From contig JANPJS010000219.1 in assembly GCA_031425655.1 (NCBI GenBank), positions 1-13,087 of the forward strand: a DNA stretch of 13,087 bases. Reading direction: 5' to 3'. Within the stretch, counting starts at the first letter, position 1, and every line of letters begins with the position of its first letter. The position numbers and the translations under genes were made by a program. The notes beneath the pieces were generated by a model. It was not told where the DNA came from and made no database searches. It saw nothing but the letters and a program-made list of their open reading frames with translations. This DNA is from Abditibacteriaceae bacterium. Lineage in GTDB: Bacteria > Armatimonadota > Abditibacteriia > Abditibacteriales > Abditibacteriaceae. This document shows positions 7,526 through 13,087 of the stretch, piece after piece.

Positions 7526-8506
7526 TTACGGCGTCGGCCTCACCACTTTCACCGCTTTGCCGCCGTTTTCGTTGCCCTTCGTGGCCATGACGTAGACCTT
7601 GAAGCTGGCGATGGCGCCGGGCACAGTTAAGCCCCAATCGGTGTCGTAGGCGGTGGCATTGGCGGGCAAATCGGCGACGATTTCTTCGTCGCCGGCTTTG
7701 TAAGTGCCGCCTGTGCAGGCGCGAACTTGCAGTTTGTCGAGATTTGGCGCTGTCGAGGCAAGCCATGTCAGGCGCGCTTTGGTGAGGGCGGCGTCCCACG
7801 CGCCGGTGACGGTGAGGGCGGGCGGGGTGGTGCCCGGCGGCGGGCTGAGGCGCGGCAGGTTTTGCAGCGCCGGACTGTTTTCGGGCAGCATCGCCGGGGC
7901 CGCCGCGCGATATTGCTTCATGCGTTCGTAGATGGCGGCCATGACGTTGTCGCGGCGGGTGCGGGCGAAACTGGCGGCTTCTTCGTTGGCGTCGGCGTTG
8001 GTGTAAAGCTGGGGCAATTGTTGAATGGCGGTGGTGAACTGAAGCAAATCGTAGCTGCCTTGCAAAGTCAAAGGGCCGCTGAGTCCGAGCGCGGTGGCGT
8101 TGTCATTGATGCGAATCCACAGGCGCTGCATCTCTTGTAAGGGCGCCGCGAACTTGCTGAGATCAACGTCAGGCCGTGGAGAGACCGGCAGGTTGGCGGT
8201 GTAAGTGTTGTCGGTGATTTGCGCCAAAACGCTGTTGCGGAACTGCTTGGCGCGCGTGAGAAGCGCCAGTTTGCCGTTTTCGCGCGCGATGGCCGCCGCT
8301 CGCGCTTGATCTATGAAAACACGCACTTCCTCGATGGCACTTAAAACCCCCGCGCTGTCCTGTTGAAACTGGTTTTGCGTGTAACCACCGGCCAGAATGA
8401 TGGGCTGCGGCGGCGTTAGAAGCCCCAATTCGCTGTTGGCCTGCATCCAGTTGGCGTTGAACGCCTGCATTGTCGGCCCATACGACGCAAACGAAGTAAT
8501 CGGCAT
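7526..8506 (-). CDS. Hypothetical protein, 326 aa: two tandem ~110-aa helical repeats plus C-terminal fibronectin-III-like beta domain; no signal peptide
   Basis: ATG at 8506 preceded by GAGGAG (complement of 8515-8520), preferred over the ORF-track start at 8560. Ordinary globular composition; internal repeat at a 110-aa offset; Pro-rich linker, then ARLTW..S...L...QVR...FKVYV....GNENG, which looks FN3-like by eye (not tested with an HMM). Confidence 0.88.
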   Translation of the reverse strand: MPITSFASYGPTMQAFNANWMQANSELGLLTPPQPIILAGGYTQNQFQQDSAGVLSAIEEVRVFIDQARAAAIARENGKLALLTRAKQFRNSVLAQITDNTYTANLPVSPRPDVDLSKFAAPLQEMQRLWIRINDNATALGLSGPLTLQGSYDLLQFTTAIQQLPQLYTNADANEEAASFARTRRDNVMAAIYERMKQYRAAAPAMLPENSPALQNLPRLSPPPGTTPPALTVTGAWDAALTKARLTWLASTAPNLDKLQVRACTGGTYKAGDEEIVADLPANATAYDTDWGLTVPGAIASFKVYVMATKGNENGGKAVKVVRPTP

Positions 8507-8615
8507 GACCGTTTCTCCTCTGTAACCCGTGCGGCGCGTGGATTGAGTGCCCTTTTGCACCCGGCGCCGCCTAATTATGACTCATTTCGCAAACGGAGTC
8601 GGAATCGCTGCCGCC

Positions 8616-8857
8616 AGAGCGACAGGCAGAACCATCGGAGTCACACGGAGAACCATCGGAGTCACACGGAGAGCCACCGGAGTCACACGGAGAGTCAACG
8701 GAGTCACCAAGCGAGGCTTCGTAGTGACTACGGCGACATAACTTTCGATTACGACACTTTGACTGGTAGCCCCGATGCCTCTCCGTGTGACTCCGGTGCT
8801 GCTGCAAGTCGTTATGCTGCCTCTCCGTGTCGCCGTGACGCTGTTACCGGTTCTTTT
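8616..8857. repeat. 21-nt tandem repeat array (8628-8707) forming the left arm of a long imperfect inverted repeat centred at 8736/8737
   Basis: Units AGAACCATCGGAGTCACACGG (8628, 8649), AGAGCCACCGGAGTCACACGG (8670), AGAGTCAACGGAGTCAC (8691). 8675-8694 is the exact reverse complement of 8779-8798, and 8643-8651 of 8822-8830, on the same axis. Confidence 0.85.
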
Positions 8858-8879
8858 ATGGACACGATAAGTGCAGTGC

Positions 8880-9088
8880 ATGACACGTAAATTTACGAGA
8901 AAATAACAATTGCAAAACATAATGTGTTATGCTTGGTGCGGTTTCGCTCACAATGCCGGTGTAACGCCGTTCAATCGTTCAATATTCCGCAACGCCGTCA
9001 CGCTCATTGAGCGTAGCGGCATTTGTTTTATCCAAGCCTTATTTAGTCAGGCATTTAAGCGGGAGATGCCCGCAAAAGCAGGAGATTT
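8880..9088. promoter_or_regulatory. Relatively AT-rich divergent promoter region with palindromic candidate operator sites; RBS of gene 4
   Basis: Lies between the divergent genes 3 and 4; palindromes CGTAAATTTACG (8886-8897) and ACGCTCA-T-TGAGCGT (9000-9014); AGGAG at 9080-9084 before ATG 9089. No convincing -35/-10 pair could be assigned. Confidence 0.5.
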
Positions 9089-12000
9089 ATGTTGAAACAG
9101 AAGAAAAAGTCGTGCGGCGCGCTGTGGGCGTGCCTGATGCTGACAGGTTTGGGTCTGGCGCCCGCCGCCCACGCCGTCTCGCTTTATGCCACCGATGGCA
9201 CCAATCTGGTGCGCTTCGACAGCACCGCGCCGGGCAGTGTGTCTCCAGTGTCCATCACCGGTTTGACCGCTGGCGACACCCTCGTTGGCCTCGACGCCCG
9301 GCCCAGCAATGGCGCCGTGTATGCTCTCAGCAACACCGGGAGGATTTACACCCTCAACGTGACGACGGGCGCGGCCACGCTCGTTTCCACGGTGGCCGTC
9401 GCTCTGAGCGGCACCGATTTTGGCGTGGATTTCAACCCGGTGCCAGACCGTCTGCGCGTGGTCAGCGATACCCGGCAGAATCTGCGCATCAATGTTGATA
9501 CCGGCGCCACCACCGTGGACAGCACCATCCAACCCGGCACTCCGACGGTGACGGGCGCTGCCTATACCAACAACGTGGCCGGAGCTACCAGCACCACGCT
9601 TTATGACATCGACGCCGCAGCGGGCACTCTGGTGATTCAGGCGCCGCCCAACAACGGCACCTTAACCAATGCGGTGCCGCTGGGCTTGGGCACCAATCTG
9701 AATCCCAATATCGGCTTCGACATCGCGGGCGTCAGCAACACCGCCTACGCTTCGATTGCGACCGGCGGAGTCTTGAGGCTTTACACCATTGATCTGGGCA
9801 CCGGGGCGAGGACATCGCTGGGCACTATCGGCAACGGCACGATTTTGTATAAGGGCCTCACGGTAGCCGTGGGGACTGACCCGACGGGCGCGGCGGGGCT
9901 GGTGGTAACGACGCCGGCGGACGTGAGCGCGGCGGATGGCGTAATTTCGCTGCGCGAAGCCATCACGACGGCCAACAGCAACGCCGACGCCAGCATCATC
10001 ACCTTCGACGCGACGGTGTTCGCCGCGCCGCAGACCATCAACCTAACCGGCGTGCTGCCGGACTTGAGCAGCGACATCACGATCACCGGCCCGGCGGCGG
10101 GCGTGACGGTGAGGCGCGACAGCGGCGGCAACTATCGCATCTTCAAAGTGATCTCCGGCAAAACCGTGAGCATCAGTAAGCTGACGATGAGCAACGGCAA
10201 CGCCACCGACCCCACCGATCTCGGTGATCGTGGCGGTGCCATCTTCAACGCCGGAGGCACGCTGACTCTGACCGACTGCAACCTTGTGAGTAACACGGCC
10301 AACTTCGGCGGTGGCCTCTTCAACGAGAGCGGCACGGCGACTCTGACGGGTGGCACGATGACTGGTAACTCCGCCGGCTACGGTGCCGGCCTCTTTTCGC
10401 AGTCCGAGACGGCCACGGCGACGCTGACCGTGACGAACGCCACTTTAAGCGGCAACAGCGCCGTCACCGAGGGCGGCGCCATTTATAGCAGGAATAGCGG
10501 CGGTGGCACAACGCTGACCGTAACCGGCAGCACGCTGAGCGGCAACAGCGCCGCGCGCGGCGGCGGCCTCCTCAGTGACAGCGGCACCGCGACCCTGACC
10601 AACAGCACCGTGAGCGGCAACAGTGGCGGCGGCGTGGCAGTGGGAGGCGGCATTGCCGGCATTAGCCATAGCACACTGAGCGGTAACACCGGCAGGAGCG
10701 GGCTTAATGTGAGTGGCGGTAGCGTCACCCTCAGCAACAGCACCATCACCGGCAACACCGGCGGCATTGGCAGCACTGGCAGCGACAGCGGCAAGAAGAA
10801 AGTAGATCCAAACGTAAACCTTGTCGCTCGTATCGAAACCGACACGGCAACCCCCGGCGGCCCCGGCGACGGGGGCGGCGTGAACGTGAGCAGTGGCAGC
10901 GTCACGATTCGTAACAGCACCATCGCCGGCAACTCTGGCGGCGCTGGCGGCCCTGCCGGCACCGGCCCCGCCGGCGGCAATGGCGGCGCGGGCGGCCTCG
11001 GCGTGACGGGCGGCACCGTGAACATCGGCAACACCATCGTCGCTACCAACACCGGCGGCACTGGCGTTGCCGCCGGCAGCGCCGATATTCAAGGAACGGT
11101 GAGCAGTCAGGGTTTCAATTTGATTGGCAACAGCACCGGAGCCGTCGGACTGGTCGCCAGCGACCTGAAGGATGCCGCTGCCGCGCCGCTCAATCTCGGC
11201 GCGCTGGCCAATAACGGCGGCCCGACCCAGACCATCAAACTGCTCGCGGGCAGCCCGGCCATTGACAAGGGCAAAGACCTGGCGCCGACCACGCCGGTTG
11301 ACCTGTCCGGCAAAGACCAACGCGGCGAAACGCGGCCCAAGCAGCAGGCCAACTATGCCAACGCGACCGGCGGCGACGGCAGCGACATTGGCGCCTACGA
11401 AGAGCAGACCGATTTGCCCGAACCGCCACAAAGCGGGCCGAACTTCGTGGTCAACGTCACCAACGACAACGACGGTGCCTGCACCACCCTCGACTGCTCG
11501 CTGCGCGAAGCGATTGCAGCGGCCAACGCCAACACCGACGCCAGCGAAATCACTTTCGACCCGACGGTTTTTGCCAGCGCGCAAACTATCACGCTGGCCA
11601 ACGGCCAGTTAAGCCTCACCACCGACATCACCCTCACCGGCCCGACGACGGGCGGCGTGACCATTGACGCTAACACCCTCAGCCGCATCTTGAACAAAAC
11701 GGGCGGCACGTTGAACGTGTCCAATCTGACCTTCATCAATGGCAGAGCCAACAGCTCTGGCGAGTTCGGACGGGAACAAGGCGGCGCCTTCCAAAACTCA
11801 AGCGGCGATGCAACCATCAGCAACTGCACCTTCGTGGGCAATCACGGCAGCATCGGCGGCGCGATCTTCAATAAAGACAGCACCACCGTAACTTTGAAGA
11901 ACTGCACGTTCTTCAACAACGACGCTGATGGCGGGCGCGGCGGCGGCGCGCTGTCCACCGACGGCACGCTGAACATCATCAACTGCACCTTAGCGGGCAA

Positions 12001-13087
12001 CCATGCCACCGGGAGCAGTTACGGCGGCAGCGGCCTGCTCAACACCGGCGACGTGACGATTGGCAACAGCCTCTTCGCCAACACCGGCGCTAACATCACC
12101 AGCTTCTCTGACATCTATGGAGCCGGCACGTCCACCTCGAACGGCTTCAACCTGAGCAGCGACGCCACCGGCCCGAACAACGGCACCACCGATCAGATCA
12201 ACACCGACCCGAAACTCGGCGCATTGGCCAACAACGGCGGGCCGACCCAGACTATCAAACTGCTGGCCGGCAGCCCGGCGCTGGACAAGGGCAAAGACCT
12301 GAGCGGCACCGGCAAAGACCAGCGCGGCCAGAATCGGCCTTTCAACGACCCGAACATCGCGCCGGCCACCGATGGCGACAACAGCGACATCGGCGCCTAT
12401 GAAGAACAGACGATTCTCGACAGCACGCCGCCGACGGCTGACATTACCGATGTGACGCCCGACCCGCGCAATATCAGTGTGAGCAGCATCAGCATTGTCT
12501 TCAGCGAAGCCGTCACCGGCTTTGATTTAGCCGATTTGACTCTCACCCGCGACGGCGGCGCCAACCTGCTCACCGGCGCGCAAAGCCTGAGCAGCGTGGA
12601 TGGCGGAGTTAGCTGGACACTGGGCAACCTGAGCGGAATTACCGGCGCGGCGGGCGCTTACACCCTGACCCTCACGGCGGCAGGTTCAGGCATCCAAGAC
12701 CTCACTGGTAATGCCTTAGTCGCCAACGCCAGCGACAACTGGACATTCGCCGCTCTCGGCGTCAGCATCAGCGGCATGGTGCGCAACAGTGCGGGTGGCG
12801 GCGTGGAGAACGTGACGGTGCAAGCCAAAAACAGAACCGGCACCACCGTCCTCGCCAGCGCAGTCACCGACAGCGCCGGAAACTACACTCTGCCCGCGCT
12901 CCCTGCCGGCACCTACGACATCGTGGCCGTGCCCCCGGCCCCGCGTGTAACTTTCGCTCCGGCGCTTTACAATGACCAACTCATCACCGCGGATCGCAGC
13001 GACCTCAACTTTACCGCCAGCTTCAACGTGAGCGGCAAAGTGACCACCAGTTCCGATGCGCCGCTCAAAGGCATGGTGGTGGCGCTG
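9089..13087 (+). CDS. Large secreted protein (3' partial, at least 1333 aa): DUF4394 domain, two CSLREA/beta-helix/choice-of-anchor Q cassettes, Ig-like domain, carboxypeptidase-regulatory-like domains
   Basis: Translated by hand, frame checked at the start, middle and end: MLKQKKKSCGALWACLMLTGLGLAPAAHA|VSLYA... signal peptide; DUF4394-like motifs LVGLDARPSNG, FGVDFNPVPDRLRVVSD..QNLRINVDTG, AAYTN, TLYDID, Q.PPNNGTL, GFDI (~9176-9870); ISLREA (~9944) and CSLREA (~11495); two NNGGPTQT...DQRG...SDIGAYE blocks; FSEAVTGFD Ig-like domain (~12420-12745); ISG.V...TDSAGNYTL..LPAGTY (~12760-13020). Open to the window end, which explains its absence from the ORF track. Confidence 0.92.
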   Translation, partial: MLKQKKKSCGALWACLMLTGLGLAPAAHAVSLYATDGTNLVRFDSTAPGSVSPVSITGLTAGDTLVGLDARPSNGAVYALSNTGRIYTLNVTTGAATLVSTVAVALSGTDFGVDFNPVPDRLRVVSDTRQNLRINVDTGATTVDSTIQPGTPTVTGAAYTNNVAGATSTTLYDIDAAAGTLVIQAPPNNGTLTNAVPLGLGTNLNPNIGFDIAGVSNTAYASIATGGVLRLYTIDLGTGARTSLGTIGNGTILYKGLTVAVGTDPTGAAGLVVTTPADVSAADGVISLREAITTANSNADASIITFDATVFAAPQTINLTGVLPDLSSDITITGPAAGVTVRRDSGGNYRIFKVISGKTVSISKLTMSNGNATDPTDLGDRGGAIFNAGGTLTLTDCNLVSNTANFGGGLFNESGTATLTGGTMTGNSAGYGAGLFSQSETATATLTVTNATLSGNSAVTEGGAIYSRNSGGGTTLTVTGSTLSGNSAARGGGLLSDSGTATLTNSTVSGNSGGGVAVGGGIAGISHSTLSGNTGRSGLNVSGGSVTLSNSTITGNTGGIGSTGSDSGKKKVDPNVNLVARIETDTATPGGPGDGGGVNVSSGSVTIRNSTIAGNSGGAGGPAGTGPAGGNGGAGGLGVTGGTVNIGNTIVATNTGGTGVAAGSADIQGTVSSQGFNLIGNSTGAVGLVASDLKDAAAAPLNLGALANNGGPTQTIKLLAGSPAIDKGKDLAPTTPVDLSGKDQRGETRPKQQANYANATGGDGSDIGAYEEQTDLPEPPQSGPNFVVNVTNDNDGACTTLDCSLREAIAAANANTDASEITFDPTVFASAQTITLANGQLSLTTDITLTGPTTGGVTIDANTLSRILNKTGGTLNVSNLTFINGRANSSGEFGREQGGAFQNSSGDATISNCTFVGNHGSIGGAIFNKDSTTVTLKNCTFFNNDADGGRGGGALSTDGTLNIINCTLAGNHATGSSYGGSGLLNTGDVTIGNSLFANTGANITSFSDIYGAGTSTSNGFNLSSDATGPNNGTTDQINTDPKLGALANNGGPTQTIKLLAGSPALDKGKDLSGTGKDQRGQNRPFNDPNIAPATDGDNSDIGAYEEQTILDSTPPTADITDVTPDPRNISVSSISIVFSEAVTGFDLADLTLTRDGGANLLTGAQSLSSVDGGVSWTLGNLSGITGAAGAYTLTLTAAGSGIQDLTGNALVANASDNWTFAALGVSISGMVRNSAGGGVENVTVQAKNRTGTTVLASAVTDSAGNYTLPALPAGTYDIVAVPPAPRVTFAPALYNDQLITADRSDLNFTASFNVSGKVTTSSDAPLKGMVVAL

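Noticed and set aside
8507..8560. Longer N-terminus of gene 3 from the ORF track
   Set aside because: GAGGAG precedes ATG 8506; the extension has no such support.
8628..8707. CRISPR array
   Set aside because: The 21-nt units are head-to-tail with no unique spacers, and no cas genes are in the window.
7409..8857. Classical IS/transposon carrying gene 3
   Set aside because: No DDE, HUH or Ser/Tyr recombinase motifs recognised; the left and right repeats are unrelated to each other and no target-site duplication was seen.
9007..9498. 163-aa + strand ORF
   Set aside because: Alternative frame over the true start of gene 4; Arg-rich, with no RBS.
11195..12410. Diversity-generating retroelement TR/VR pair
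   Set aside because: Both copies are coding, the differences are mostly synonymous and not adenine-specific, and no reverse transcriptase is present.
9346..12979. Minus-strand ORFs opposite gene 4, including the 379-aa 10445-11584 and the Pro/Leu/Val-rich ORFs
   Set aside because: They are antisense readings of the Gly/Asn/Thr-rich + strand gene that the track missed because it has no stop in the window.

Overview
GC-rich bacterial region, probably of a PVC/Armatimonadota-Abditibacteriota-type organism (inferred from the protein families only). It carries three paralogous + strand genes for large secreted modular proteins built from CSLREA / Pmp-like beta-helix / choice-of-anchor-Q cassettes: 176-2155 (plus 2 Calx-beta domains), 2510-7309 (3 cassettes, cadherin-like and Ig-like domains) and 9089->13087 (DUF4394, 2 cassettes, Ig-like and carboxypeptidase-regulatory-like domains; it runs off the window and is absent from the ORF track). 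Between the second and third lies an oppositely oriented unit: an uncharacterised 326-aa gene without signal peptide (two gapless 110-aa helical repeats plus a C-terminal FN3-like domain). It is preceded by a ~240-bp 21-nt-periodic sequence that folds back on one gapless axis and followed by a perfect 33-bp inverted-repeat element. This unit is the best candidate for an undescribed system. Also present: two intrinsic terminators, REP-like palindromes and a duplicated upstream leader. No rRNA, tRNA, CRISPR array, transposase or reverse transcriptase was seen.
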